DNA of 55,938 nt from Candidatus Parvarchaeota archaeon (GCA_023261805.1 JAGDXV010000005.1:1-55938), one strand, 5' to 3'. Shown: positions 42,222-51,511, counted from the stretch's first letter. Numbers and translations are program-made. The notes: generated from the letters alone by a model not told the origin.

Positions 42222-43517
42222 TCATTTTTTCGGTTTGGGGAGCGTTCTCGGCGTTTCTCCTCCATGCCAGGTCAGACGAGGCTTTATCTGCACAGGATAA
42301 ATCCTTTCGGAGTTGTCATCCAATATCAGGCATGCGCCTGGAAGCTTGGGCAGATCAGCCAAATATTTGCTGATCGTGGATGTCATGTAGGATTGCATCA
42401 CCATGTTTAGTGCGTCTATATCTATTTTTGCTGTTACGTGTTGTGAGATTATGATATCACACTGTGTTATCACATCCGTGTCAAGTTTTCCTGGTTGCTG
42501 AGTAGCTATCACCAAGCCTATTCCTGGCTGCCTTCCTTCCTTTATGAGCCTGGATAGCTCAGGCGAAGCAGCCGTCCTCATCCCTGCTGGAAGGAATTCA
42601 TGGACTTCATCGATGAACATCCAAACAATAGGTATGGATCTTTTTTCTCCCCTGACGGCCATATTCATATCGGCAAGTTCTTCTGCCCTCCTTTGTATCT
42701 CCCTTATTTCAAGGATTTTTCTTGACAGGAGACCGATAACAAGTGCTCTTAGACTGAACTCGCCCGTCGAGTGAGAATAAAGACTGATATCTAGAACGTT
42801 TATTGATCCAGCTTCAAGCAATTCTTCTATTTCAGTCCCATGTTTCTCGAATATTCCCCATTCTTTAGCGGACTCGAATCTTTCTATGCATACATCCTTC
42901 TTTTCCTCATTTGTTACTTCGTTCTTGATCCCTTCGATTATGTCATTTATATCATATTCTTTCCTGCTTTCTCTGATCTCGCTTATAGCTCTTGATATTA
43001 TCACGCCTTCCTGACTGTTGGCTGGAAATCCGAATATATCAGACCATTCGGTTGCCGAAATATCTGACACAGAAATTGAGAATGGAAAATCGACCATCGA
43101 GGCATTTTCCTCCTTTACCTTTTCAAAAGATCCCTTTGGTACGAACACTCTCACATTCTTGAATTCAGTGGGCTCCTCCCCCCATTGCTTAAGGAGTTCA
43201 GCCTCCTTATAATTTGGGTTTTTCATCGTCCAATATATGCCCATTGTATCTATTATCAGACAGGTTATGTTTTGTGCGACCTCGCTTGGGAGAGACGCTA
43301 AGCCCTCTGCTATCACCCCCATGGTGTAACTTTTTCCAGAACCCCTTTTACCTGCTATTAAAATGACATGGGGTCTTAGAGCATCAAGAAGTATTTCATT
43401 CCCTAAACTCGTAATATTGCCCATCGTTATGTATTGTTTTCCTATCAGGGTTGTCGCTAGAATCCCATAATCTCTTGAATCGCGTTCATTCCTACCTATA
43501 ACTATCTCGTAAGGCAT
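42222..43517 (-). CDS. HerA-like (DUF87-type) P-loop ATPase
   Basis: An N-terminal barrel-like region is followed by ILIAGKRGSGKSYTMG (Walker A) and VWMFIDEVHEF (Walker B). 431 aa. No NurA-like partner is visible. Confidence 0.75.
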   Translation of the reverse strand: MPYEIVIGRNERDSRDYGILATTLIGKQYITMGNITSLGNEILLDALRPHVILIAGKRGSGKSYTMGVIAEGLASLPSEVAQNITCLIIDTMGIYWTMKNPNYKEAELLKQWGEEPTEFKNVRVFVPKGSFEKVKEENASMVDFPFSISVSDISATEWSDIFGFPANSQEGVIISRAISEIRESRKEYDINDIIEGIKNEVTNEEKKDVCIERFESAKEWGIFEKHGTEIEELLEAGSINVLDISLYSHSTGEFSLRALVIGLLSRKILEIREIQRRAEELADMNMAVRGEKRSIPIVWMFIDEVHEFLPAGMRTAASPELSRLIKEGRQPGIGLVIATQQPGKLDTDVITQCDIIISQHVTAKIDIDALNMVMQSYMTSTISKYLADLPKLPGACLILDDNSERIYPVQIKPRLTWHGGETPRTLPKPKK

Positions 43518-43575
43518 ATGAGGTATTACCTATAATAGGATTTATACTTTTGATATTCTCATCGAGTATCTCCCT

Positions 43576-44187
43576 TCATTTCAGAGCTTTTTCTATTATC
43601 TCTTTAATTCTTCTTTTTACCTCTTCTTTCTTTTCTTCGGGTATACTGAAAAGATCTTTAAGTGCATTATAAGCCCAAAACGGCGGTTCTATAACGATGG
43701 GAGCATCTGTCCAACCTTTCACGCTGTAAGCCTCCTTTGATGGAGACACAAGTATTAGATGGTCACTTCTCCTTTCATCATATGCCCAGTCCCTTGCAAC
43801 CCTCGATACATGGTCCTTGCTGCTTATGGCGACTATCAAAGCGTTCTTCTTTGTTGCCCATTTTATGATCTCATCCACATTTTCCTGTGTATTTTTGGAT
43901 TCTCTTTCAAGGATCACGTCCGTCACCGCCTTGAACAGCCCTGGGAATTCAGATTTTGCATAGTCATAAATTATATCGGCTTCAACTTTTCCATCTCTTA
44001 TGACGCCACCGGAAAGGACAAGATATGTTAATATTCCCAGGCTATGGAAGGTCTCGGCCAGCTTCTGGGCATTTTCTAGTCTGTCCTTAATAACCTCTTT
44101 CCATGGTCTGTGTTGTTCATCATGGTGGTCTGTATATCCATGCACACAAAGAAGTATCGATGGGACCCTTTCTTTTGCGTCTTCCAT
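43576..44187 (-). CDS. DUF218 (YdcF/ElyC-like) domain protein
   Basis: Rossmann-like pattern ILLCVHG...YLVLSGG...NTQENV...LIVAISSKDHVSRV. Confidence 0.6.
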   Translation of the reverse strand: MEDAKERVPSILLCVHGYTDHHDEQHRPWKEVIKDRLENAQKLAETFHSLGILTYLVLSGGVIRDGKVEADIIYDYAKSEFPGLFKAVTDVILERESKNTQENVDEIIKWATKKNALIVAISSKDHVSRVARDWAYDERRSDHLILVSPSKEAYSVKGWTDAPIVIEPPFWAYNALKDLFSIPEEKKEEVKRRIKEIIEKALK

Positions 44188-44311
44188 AACAATATGAGAT
44201 TCTTTTTTAATAAAAGCGTAAGTGGGAAGGTTTGCACTTTAGATATAGAACGAAAGCGAGCTAAGAGCTAAAAACGTAACTACTTAAATATCGCAGATAT
44301 AATTAGTTACA

Positions 44312-44845
44312 ATGGAGAACATATTCTTTGATAAGTGGTTTAATAAAAATGTAAGGAAGATAAGCCGAGTTTTTGTGATGATCTTTGGAATAATATGGGG
44401 AATAGACGGGTTTTTAAAGTTTCAACCAGGCCTCGTTCAGGCACTACCAAGCATGATCTCCTCAGCAGCGGCTGCACAGCCCTCGTTTTTGCAGGGATGG
44501 TACTCTTTTTGGATGGCGCAGGCTTCATCTAATCCAGCATTACTAGTGTATCTTCAAGGGATACTTGAGCTGTCATTGTCGTTCTCCCTCATTTTCGGCT
44601 TCATGCGGAAAGTATCTTATGGTGGTGGTTTTTTACTGAGTTTATTCATTTGGGCCGTCCCGGAGGGTTTTGGGGGTCCTTATGGCCCAGGGGCAACCGA
44701 TATTGGTACGGGCATAATATATGCGATGGTCTTTCTATTTCTCGCTGTACTTAATTCCATGCACGGCGAAAGCCTGTACACTCTTGATAGTAAAATAGAG
44801 AAAAGGATAAAATGGTGGAAGTTTTTAGCAGAAATTAGGTATTAA
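44312..44845 (+). CDS. Membrane protein, DoxX-like
   Basis: Four hydrophobic segments. The GFGGPYGPGATDIGTGIIY loop is reminiscent of the DoxX family. Weak call. Confidence 0.55.
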   Translation: MENIFFDKWFNKNVRKISRVFVMIFGIIWGIDGFLKFQPGLVQALPSMISSAAAAQPSFLQGWYSFWMAQASSNPALLVYLQGILELSLSFSLIFGFMRKVSYGGGFLLSLFIWAVPEGFGGPYGPGATDIGTGIIYAMVFLFLAVLNSMHGESLYTLDSKIEKRIKWWKFLAEIRY

Positions 44846-44933
44846 GATGAATTCTTTCATGAACTTTAGAGGAGGATGTCACACTTTTTGATTTCAGTTT
44901 AAAATATTAATATCTGTGATAAGATATAATACA

Positions 44934-45218
44934 ATGGATTATTCAAATAAGACCAAATACGTGGCTGAGAAGGGCAAGGAGTTTATCTTCCGTCTCAGAA
45001 ACGGGGTTGAGGTGGGAAGAGCATCATCACTGGAGGAATTTATTTCCAAGGTGAGAACCCTTCCGATAGAATCGATCGAGTATCATGCCATGAACCACCA
45101 TTTTTCTCCATGGCTCAGATACCTTAAGCTTAATTCGGCGGCCGATTCGATTGATAAGCTAACCTCAAAGGGAGAGAAGCTGAGGCAGGATATAATCAAC
45201 ACCCTCTCTAGGTTTTGA
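44934..45218 (+). CDS. Hypothetical 94-aa protein
   Basis: The track ORF starts at GTG 44916. The in-frame ATG at 44934 lies ~27 nt downstream of TTTAAAATATTAATAT. No motif recognised. Confidence 0.5.
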   Translation: MDYSNKTKYVAEKGKEFIFRLRNGVEVGRASSLEEFISKVRTLPIESIEYHAMNHHFSPWLRYLKLNSAADSIDKLTSKGEKLRQDIINTLSRF

Positions 45219-45222
45219 TCTA

Positions 45223-46347
45223 TCATTCGATATTATTGAATATTTTTTCGAGCTCATCTAGCTTGCTTTCTTCGGTTAAAAGAACCGCTTTTATGTCCGA
45301 GAATCTTATTTTTTCTCTTCTTTTCTTGAAATTCTGATTGAAATCGTTCACTTTCTCTATCAGCATTTTCTTTAGTTCCCCGCTCAATATTTTTCCATGT
45401 ATGTATTCTTCCCTTATCCCCTTTGTCTCTTCATCATTCAGGAAAAAGGATGAAAGATAAAGATATGGTATGTCTACATCGGGGTTTCCGCCGTACTTTC
45501 TGTGTTCTTCTACAGTGTCTCTTCCTCCACTGAACGCCTTCTTTATTTTTTTCTCCACGATCTCTGGGGCATCGTGAAGGAAGATAGCAGCATCTGGTCT
45601 AGATTTTGACATCTTTAGACCATCCATCCCTGGCAGAAATCTGGCATGTATTATCGCAGGCTTGCTGTATCCTGCTCTTTCGGCGATGTCCCTCCCAAGC
45701 CTCAGATGAGCATCTTCATCGGGGCCTATTGGAACAAGCGTATTTTTTATCCCGTATTTTATCTCCGGTAATAAAACATGGGCTGCCTGTACGACTGGGT
45801 AGAAATGGAGGCCTATGTTCTGATCGTTTGGATATCCATACACAGCCTTGATCTCAGAGAGTGTCACATACCTAGACAGATTTATCGCTATATTGAATAT
45901 CTCTGGGTATACAAAATCAAAGGACACCTTTGTTAGCTTTTTGTCATAACCATATGCCAGAAGATCGACTATCAATTCTATTCCGTGTCTGATAGCATCC
46001 TCCCTTTTCACGACCTTCTTTGCAACGTAGCTCTCATCGTCAGAAAGCGGAACTATCGTCTTAACCTTAAACTTTTTTTGGAAGAACAGGACCGTATCAA
46101 AAACTATTCTGTGCGCCAACTGGAGCGTTCCAGAAGGGTTCAACCCGGAAACTATGGCGGATTTTTCACCAGATTTTAATTTTTCGTAAAAAGTATCAAA
46201 GTTTCGGTGGGAGTAGAACAGCCCTTTTTGAAAAGTATAAAATTCTGGAAGGTCTTTCAGCTGTGAGAAAGGGGTCGCCTGAAACTCCTCCACCAGTCGT
46301 CTATTTTCCTCTAAAATATCCTCCTGCATTAAAAATAAAACCCTCAA
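45223..46347 (-). CDS. trpS: Tryptophanyl-tRNA synthetase (archaeal/eukaryotic type)
   Basis: Collinear with archaeal TrpRS: PSGTLQLAH (deviant HIGH), LSDDESY, FYPVVQAAH, PIGPDEDAHLRLGRDIAERAGY, KMSKS, and SGGRDTVEEHRKYGGNPDVD. Confidence 0.85.
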   Translation of the reverse strand: MRVLFLMQEDILEENRRLVEEFQATPFSQLKDLPEFYTFQKGLFYSHRNFDTFYEKLKSGEKSAIVSGLNPSGTLQLAHRIVFDTVLFFQKKFKVKTIVPLSDDESYVAKKVVKREDAIRHGIELIVDLLAYGYDKKLTKVSFDFVYPEIFNIAINLSRYVTLSEIKAVYGYPNDQNIGLHFYPVVQAAHVLLPEIKYGIKNTLVPIGPDEDAHLRLGRDIAERAGYSKPAIIHARFLPGMDGLKMSKSRPDAAIFLHDAPEIVEKKIKKAFSGGRDTVEEHRKYGGNPDVDIPYLYLSSFFLNDEETKGIREEYIHGKILSGELKKMLIEKVNDFNQNFKKRREKIRFSDIKAVLLTEESKLDELEKIFNNIE

Positions 46348-46367
46348 TAGAAATTAATACTTTCGGA

Positions 46368-47198
46368 TCACATGTACCCGAAAGCTCTAAGGGTTTCCAT
46401 CACACCTTCTTTATCCTGTGATCTTCCCGCTCTTTCCTTCGTATGTTCCAGATCCTGTTCCCATGCAGGGGCATCGCTCACCTTCTTTGAGTCGAACTTT
46501 CCGTCTATGGACCTATATCCTTGTTTGTAGAGCGGATGTATCGGTAATTTGTATTTGAATATATACTCCCAAACGTTTCTTTCGGTGAAGGGAAGGATCG
46601 GCTGAACTCTGACATGATCTGGATTTGCTCTTGGACTGATGAACACTTCCTTCGATCTCGCCTCATTTTCATCCCATCTTACTCCCGTGAATAGGGCATC
46701 GAACCTGTACTTTTTGATGGCTTCATTCATTGCGACTGTCTTAAGAAGATGATTACCTATAATCGTCTCAAGATCGTAGTCAAAGACATCTCCCTTGAAA
46801 CCGATCCTCTTTGCCTCTTCCTGGTTAAGTTTATTCAGTTTTTTAATGTAGATTTTATTGTTCTTTTCAACATGCTTTAAGACATCTTCATTTCTTGCCT
46901 TTATCACCACAAAATCCCAGGCTTTGCTGACCTCGTCAAGCATTTTGAGGGTCTCATCATAGTGCTGTCCATGATCTATGAATAGGGCCGGAGGAAGCGG
47001 TCTTTTCATCTCCTTGCATACTCTTCTAACGAGATCCAGCACGACAGTACTGTCCTTTCCAGCACTCCATACGACGGTCGGTCGCTTGAATCTCTGCAGG
47101 GCATCCTTTATTACGATTATCGCTATCTGCTCCTTGGCATCTAGTGACAGTCCACCTTCAACACGATTTTTTTGTATCGACTCATTTTCCATATTCAA
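46368..47198 (-). CDS. PAPS-reductase/CysD-like PP-loop ATP pyrophosphatase (orphan)
   Basis: PP-loop VVWSAGKDSTVVLDL. The middle (FTGVRWDENEARSKE) and the C-terminal ERAGRSQDKEGVMETLRAFGY resemble sulfate adenylyltransferase subunit 2 (CysD). No CysN or other sulfur-assimilation gene is nearby. Confidence 0.75.
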   Translation of the reverse strand: MNMENESIQKNRVEGGLSLDAKEQIAIIVIKDALQRFKRPTVVWSAGKDSTVVLDLVRRVCKEMKRPLPPALFIDHGQHYDETLKMLDEVSKAWDFVVIKARNEDVLKHVEKNNKIYIKKLNKLNQEEAKRIGFKGDVFDYDLETIIGNHLLKTVAMNEAIKKYRFDALFTGVRWDENEARSKEVFISPRANPDHVRVQPILPFTERNVWEYIFKYKLPIHPLYKQGYRSIDGKFDSKKVSDAPAWEQDLEHTKERAGRSQDKEGVMETLRAFGYM

Positions 47199-47410
47199 AG
47201 ATATCCCAAGCTTCTCAGCTTGTCTTCCAAATCTTTCACCTCCTTTCTATTTTTTTCCTCTTTTTTTGCTTCTTTTTCGCTTACCAATTCTCTCAGCACA
47301 TATTCGACAAAACTGGACAATGATGTGAATCCAGTGTTCTTTATCATGTCCATTGCTTTGTCAGCCAAAGGCTTTGGTATCGATACGGTTGTAAACCTTT
47401 TCTTTTCCAT
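47195..47410 (-). CDS. Ribbon-helix-helix (CopG/MetJ/Arc-type) DNA-binding protein
   Basis: KRFTTVSIPKPLADKAMDMIKNTGFTSLSSFVEYVLRELV shows a beta-strand followed by two helices. 71 aa. 4-nt overlap with the downstream PP-loop gene. Confidence 0.75.
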   Translation of the reverse strand: MEKKRFTTVSIPKPLADKAMDMIKNTGFTSLSSFVEYVLRELVSEKEAKKEEKNRKEVKDLEDKLRSLGYL

Positions 47411-47446
47411 AATTATATGTAATTACAAATAATTATATGTAATTAC
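47409..47446 (-). promoter_or_regulatory. Tandem perfect 18-bp direct repeat (putative RHH operator overlapping the promoter and start codon)
   Basis: The minus strand reads GTAATTACATATAATTAT-tt-GTAATTACATATAATTAT-G, a 20-bp period. The second copy runs into the RHH ATG. Each copy contains the inverted half-sites AATTA/TAATT. The upstream copy carries a TATA-like ATATAAT ~26 nt from the ATG. Confidence 0.6.
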
Positions 47447-47485
47447 CAGTATAAATACTTTAAAAACCAAGGAATCTCAAGAAAA

Positions 47486-47665
47486 TCAGTCTCTTCTTTG
47501 ACCTTTGTAATCCTTATTTTGCCAGTTATATGCCCTTATTTTGGAGGTTCTCCCATACCCGCAATGGGAGCAATAATGATTCCTCACATTGTAAGTGAAT
47601 TTTCCGCAACGTCTGCATCTCTGATTTGGGTTCTTTCTGTTGTGAACCCCCATTAATTTGCTCAT
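47486..47665 (-). CDS. rpl37e: 50S ribosomal protein L37e
   Basis: 59-aa ORF below the track cutoff: MSKLMGVHNRKNPNQRCRRCGKFTYNVRNHYCSHCGYGRTSKIRAYNWQNK... has the eL37 zinc-ribbon signature. Its ATG overlaps the Sm gene stop (ATGA), which is the conserved archaeal Sm-L37e arrangement. Confidence 0.88.
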   Translation of the reverse strand: MSKLMGVHNRKNPNQRCRRCGKFTYNVRNHYCSHCGYGRTSKIRAYNWQNKDYKGQRRD

Positions 47666-47904
47666 ACTGTTGGTGATATGAGGATGATCATGTCTCCCCT
47701 AACAAATATGCTGCCCAATTTTCTCAGGGTTTGATCATCCTTTTTCTCCTCTGTGTCTTCAAGTGTCAGATTCACATGCATGTCGAAAGCGACAAGCTTT
47801 CCTGTCAGCGAATGACCATTTTTTAACTCAACAAGCACCGTCTTTCCCTTTGCTGCATTAAGAAGATCGACCGGTCTTGATCCAACCGATTCATTCATGC
47901 TCAC
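47662..47904 (-). CDS. Sm-like archaeal protein (SmAP/LSm)
   Basis: Sm1 motif LVELKNGHSLTGKLVAFDMHVNLTLED and Sm2 motif IFVRGDMIILI. Confidence 0.9.
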   Translation of the reverse strand: MSMNESVGSRPVDLLNAAKGKTVLVELKNGHSLTGKLVAFDMHVNLTLEDTEEKKDDQTLRKLGSIFVRGDMIILISPTV

Positions 47905-49547
47905 TCATACCCTCCATAGCCACCAGGCTGTCCTCCGCCTTGTGGCGGCTGATTTGAGGATTTGCCTGCGGCTACGATGTCATCTATCTTAAGTATCATC
48001 GCTGCCACTTCACTTGAGCTTTTTATGGCTTGTTTCTTTGTCCTGAGCGGCTCAATGACCCCTGCTTTGTACATATCGGCAACCTTTGGTTCGTACGCGT
48101 TTGACAGATCAACACCAGCCCATTTCTCCCCTTTTTTGTGAGCTGCCCTTAGATCGACCAGTATGTCTATCGGGTCCATCCCTGCGTTCTCTGCCAACGT
48201 TTTTGGAACTATCTCAAGCGCGTCTGCGAAGGCGTCCACAGCCAACTGTTCTCTTCCTCCAAGCGTGGCAGCAAATTCCTTCAGCTGCTTAGATACCTCC
48301 ATCTCGCATGCTCCTCCACCGGCGACGATGCTACCGCCACTTTCTATCACGGCTTTAAGGTCACCTAGACTGTCCTCGACGGCCCTTTTGGCTTCGTCTA
48401 CTACATGTTCTGTTCCTCCTCTGAGAAGAAGGGTCACAGACTTAGGATTTTTGCATTCCTCTATGAAGGCGACATCCTCACCGGCTATTTTCTCTATCCT
48501 GACAACGCCTGCCATGCCTAAAGCAGAAGGTTCCAGTTCGTTAAGTGTGGATATGACCTTGGCACCGGTAGCCTTTCCTATCTTGTTGATATCTCCTTCA
48601 GAGACGCGCCTGAAGGCAAGTATCCCGTGTTTTGACAGGAAGTACTGTGCCGCATCGTCTATCCCTTTCTGGCAGATCACAACATTGGCTCCGACTTTGT
48701 ATATCTTTTCGACCATCTCCTTGACGATGCTCTCCTCTTCATTTAGGAAGGCCTGCAACTGATCCGGTCTCTCAATTCTTATCTGTGCATCGATGTTCGT
48801 CTTCTCAACCTCCAGAGCCAGATTAAGCAGGGCTATCTTCGCATTCTTCACCAAATCAGGCATATCTGGATGAACCTTCTCTTTTTCGATCATCACTCCC
48901 CTAATAAGCTTTGAGTCCCCAAGGCCGCCGCCGACTTTTTTCTCGACTTTTATGTTGTCAGAATCGATAGTGTAGTGTTTTTCATCCACCTTTTCCTTCA
49001 CAAGATCTATCGCATCTACTATCAATGGTGTCAGTACTTCATCAGCACCGGTGTTTTTGCTTATTATTGCGGTCTTAACAATCTTGCTTAGTTCATTTTT
49101 GTCCTCAAAATTGACTTTTATGCTTATGTTGTCGAGGATCTCCTGTGCTTTGTTTGCTGCAAGTGTGTAACCCCTGGCTATCAGCGTCGGGTGTATGCTT
49201 TGGTCCAGCAACGCTTCTGCATTCTTAAGTAGTTCCCCGGCCAGAATGACCGCCGTTGTTGTTCCATCTCCGACCTCTTCCTCCTGTGCCTTTGCGACCT
49301 CAACAACCATCTTCGCAGCAGGGTTTTCAACTTCCATGCTCTTCAGAACGGTTACTCCATCGTTCGTAATTGTGATATCACCTAAGTTATCTACAAGCAT
49401 CTTATCCATCCCTCTAGGACCAAGCGTGGATTTTACTGCAGCTGCGACAGCTTTCGCTGCCTCTATGTTCACACGCTGTGCATCTTTTCCACTTGTTTTG
49501 CTGTACCCTTCCGGTAGTATAAATATCGGTTGAAGACTCTCAGCCAT
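47901..49547 (-). CDS. ths: Thermosome subunit (group II chaperonin)
   Basis: [31 protein letters not shown] and a Gly-rich C-terminal tail. 548 aa. Confidence 0.95.
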   Translation of the reverse strand: MAESLQPIFILPEGYSKTSGKDAQRVNIEAAKAVAAAVKSTLGPRGMDKMLVDNLGDITITNDGVTVLKSMEVENPAAKMVVEVAKAQEEEVGDGTTTAVILAGELLKNAEALLDQSIHPTLIARGYTLAANKAQEILDNISIKVNFEDKNELSKIVKTAIISKNTGADEVLTPLIVDAIDLVKEKVDEKHYTIDSDNIKVEKKVGGGLGDSKLIRGVMIEKEKVHPDMPDLVKNAKIALLNLALEVEKTNIDAQIRIERPDQLQAFLNEEESIVKEMVEKIYKVGANVVICQKGIDDAAQYFLSKHGILAFRRVSEGDINKIGKATGAKVISTLNELEPSALGMAGVVRIEKIAGEDVAFIEECKNPKSVTLLLRGGTEHVVDEAKRAVEDSLGDLKAVIESGGSIVAGGGACEMEVSKQLKEFAATLGGREQLAVDAFADALEIVPKTLAENAGMDPIDILVDLRAAHKKGEKWAGVDLSNAYEPKVADMYKAGVIEPLRTKKQAIKSSSEVAAMILKIDDIVAAGKSSNQPPQGGGQPGGYGGYE

Positions 49548-49635
49548 AATAGATCACCTCCACTTTTTATGACTTGTCGAATATTCGTATTTTATATTGA
49601 TATGCATTGAGTATATAAGTTTTTTGTTTGGTCAA

Positions 49636-49708
49636 TAGTCCTACCCGGATTCGAACCGGGGTTTTGGGCTCCAAAGGCCCACGTGCTTGACCGCTACACC
49701 ATAGGACT
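49636..49708 (-). tRNA. tRNA-Gln (anticodon UUG)
   Basis: Minus strand: acceptor AGTCCTA/TAGGACT (A1-U72, as in archaeal tRNA-Gln), D arm GTGT-AGCGGTCAA-GCAC, anticodon stem TGGGC/GCCCA with loop CTTTGGA, T arm CCGG-TTCGAAT-CCGG. Confidence 0.88.
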
Positions 49709-49749
49709 TTCTTTCAAAACTTTAAATATGACGCAGGGCAAATATTTTA

Positions 49750-50784
49750 ATGCTTTTGGAGCTGTTCATAGCATCGATGGTTGCGTTCTTTTCAACTTTG
49801 CTTGTCGGCTTATTTCTTAGAAACATTCTCTATTCGGCGGGTTTGTTCGCAAGGGACATAAACAAGCGAAACAAGCCGCTTCTTCCCACAAGCGGAGGGA
49901 TAGCGGTTGCAGCAGGATTTTTCATCGGGATGATGGCCTTCGTGTTTTCGTATAACTTTATAGTCTCCTCCGGCGTCAACCTCCTTATCCTACTGACGGT
50001 TTTGCTGTCGACGCTCTCCGTAACCTTTGTTGGTCTGCTTGATGATCTGCTTGGCGGGAGGGTCCGTTTAAGCTCCTCCATCAAAGGGATTGGGAACTAC
50101 GTCAGGGCGAACGGCGGTCTTAAACAGTGGCAGAAACCACTTTTGACGCTCGTCGCAGCGATACCTGTGATGGCCATACACTTCGGTCCTCCGGCGGTAA
50201 CGCTTCCTCTGGTCGGAACGATCTTCTTCGGTCAGATAATATACACCTTTATTGTCATCCCGATAGCGATGATATTTTCGTCCAATGTCTTCAATATGCT
50301 TGAGGGGTTAAATGGTCTTTCCCTCCAGATGAGCCTTGTTGCCTTTATAGCGATACTTATCTTTGCTTATCATACAGGAGATGTTAATGCGATCGTTCTT
50401 TCATCTATATTTATCTCAACGCTCGTCGCGTATCTTTACTTTGGGGCATATCCTGCTAAATTCCTTCCTGGGGACAGTCTGACATATTTCATCGGTGCAG
50501 GTTTTGCATCTCTGGCGATAATGACGAATATCAAAGCTTTTGCGCTTGTGCTTATAATTCCATGGATAGCTGAATTCTTTCTCAAGGCGAGGGCGCATTT
50601 TCATGCACACTCTTGGGGGATAATACAGAGAGACGGAACACTGAAGTCTTTGTATGGAAATCGTGTTTATTCTCTGACCCATTTATTCTTAAGGACAGGA
50701 AAATTCAAGGAGTGGCAGATAGTTCTTTTCTTTACACTGATCGAGGTTTTCTTTTCGGCTTTGGCTCTGGCGCTTTTCTGGTGA
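49750..50784 (+). CDS. UDP-GlcNAc:dolichyl-phosphate GlcNAc-1-phosphate transferase (GT4 polyprenyl-phosphate transferase, AglH/WecA/MraY-like)
   Basis: About 10 TM segments, with DDLLG and NVFNMLEGLNGL motifs typical of the MraY/WecA/GPT family. Confidence 0.85.
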   Translation: MLLELFIASMVAFFSTLLVGLFLRNILYSAGLFARDINKRNKPLLPTSGGIAVAAGFFIGMMAFVFSYNFIVSSGVNLLILLTVLLSTLSVTFVGLLDDLLGGRVRLSSSIKGIGNYVRANGGLKQWQKPLLTLVAAIPVMAIHFGPPAVTLPLVGTIFFGQIIYTFIVIPIAMIFSSNVFNMLEGLNGLSLQMSLVAFIAILIFAYHTGDVNAIVLSSIFISTLVAYLYFGAYPAKFLPGDSLTYFIGAGFASLAIMTNIKAFALVLIIPWIAEFFLKARAHFHAHSWGIIQRDGTLKSLYGNRVYSLTHLFLRTGKFKEWQIVLFFTLIEVFFSALALALFW

Positions 50785-50829
50785 TATTTCTGAGCGGTTA
50801 AAATACTAATCTCAAAGATCAGCTTCCCT

Positions 50830-51426
50830 TCAGAGTTTTCCTATGTCTTTGGTTGTATCGACATCCATCGTCTTGACAGTTTCGGTTGGTTTTGCTACCG
50901 CAGGAACTATGCATATGTGTCCTTCGGATTTCTTTGCGTTGTATATCGCCTTCAATCCACGGATAGCGAACATTATGTGGCTTATGTCCTTTCCAAGTGC
51001 ATCATTGAATACCGAGTAATACTGCAACTTTCCTTCGGGGTCTATCACGACCATCCCCCTTCTTGCTCCTCCGGTTTCGGTGTTTAAGAAACCGTAATTT
51101 GTTATTATCTCCTTTTTCGGATCCTCTATCATCGGTATCTTGCTTTTGCTTACTCTGGGCGAAACCTGAACCCATCCTTTGTGAGAGAACACGGTGTCGG
51201 CACTTACCGCAAAAACAGCCACATTCTCTTTCTTGAAATCATCATATTTTTCCATCAAGGCTTCTATATCCGTTGCACAGACGAAGGTGAAGTCTCCGGG
51301 GTAAAAGGTCAGCAGGACCCATTTTCCCCTGTACTTTTTCAGATCGACTTCCTTGATCTCATCATTTTCAGGAAAATACGCCTTTGCTTTGAATTCAAAA
51401 ACCTCCTTTCCGATCTCCATATTCAC
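50830..51426 (-). CDS. Peroxiredoxin (AhpC/TSA family)
   Basis: FYPGDFTFVCATD contains the peroxidatic Cys. A second Cys sits near the C-terminus (GHICIVPA). Confidence 0.88.
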   Translation of the reverse strand: MNMEIGKEVFEFKAKAYFPENDEIKEVDLKKYRGKWVLLTFYPGDFTFVCATDIEALMEKYDDFKKENVAVFAVSADTVFSHKGWVQVSPRVSKSKIPMIEDPKKEIITNYGFLNTETGGARRGMVVIDPEGKLQYYSVFNDALGKDISHIMFAIRGLKAIYNAKKSEGHICIVPAVAKPTETVKTMDVDTTKDIGKL

Positions 51427-51511
51427 CTCCTGAGAACAAAAGAAATAAGATTTTCTTAGTTTAAATTTGTTTCAAAGAAAACTTAAATATGCCCTTTGTG
51501 TAGGATAAACA

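Noticed and set aside
48163-48762. 199-aa plus-strand ORF, with a similar one at 49195..49533
   Set aside because: It is antisense to the highly conserved thermosome gene. Its Ser/Pro/Ala-rich composition is typical of reverse-frame artefacts.
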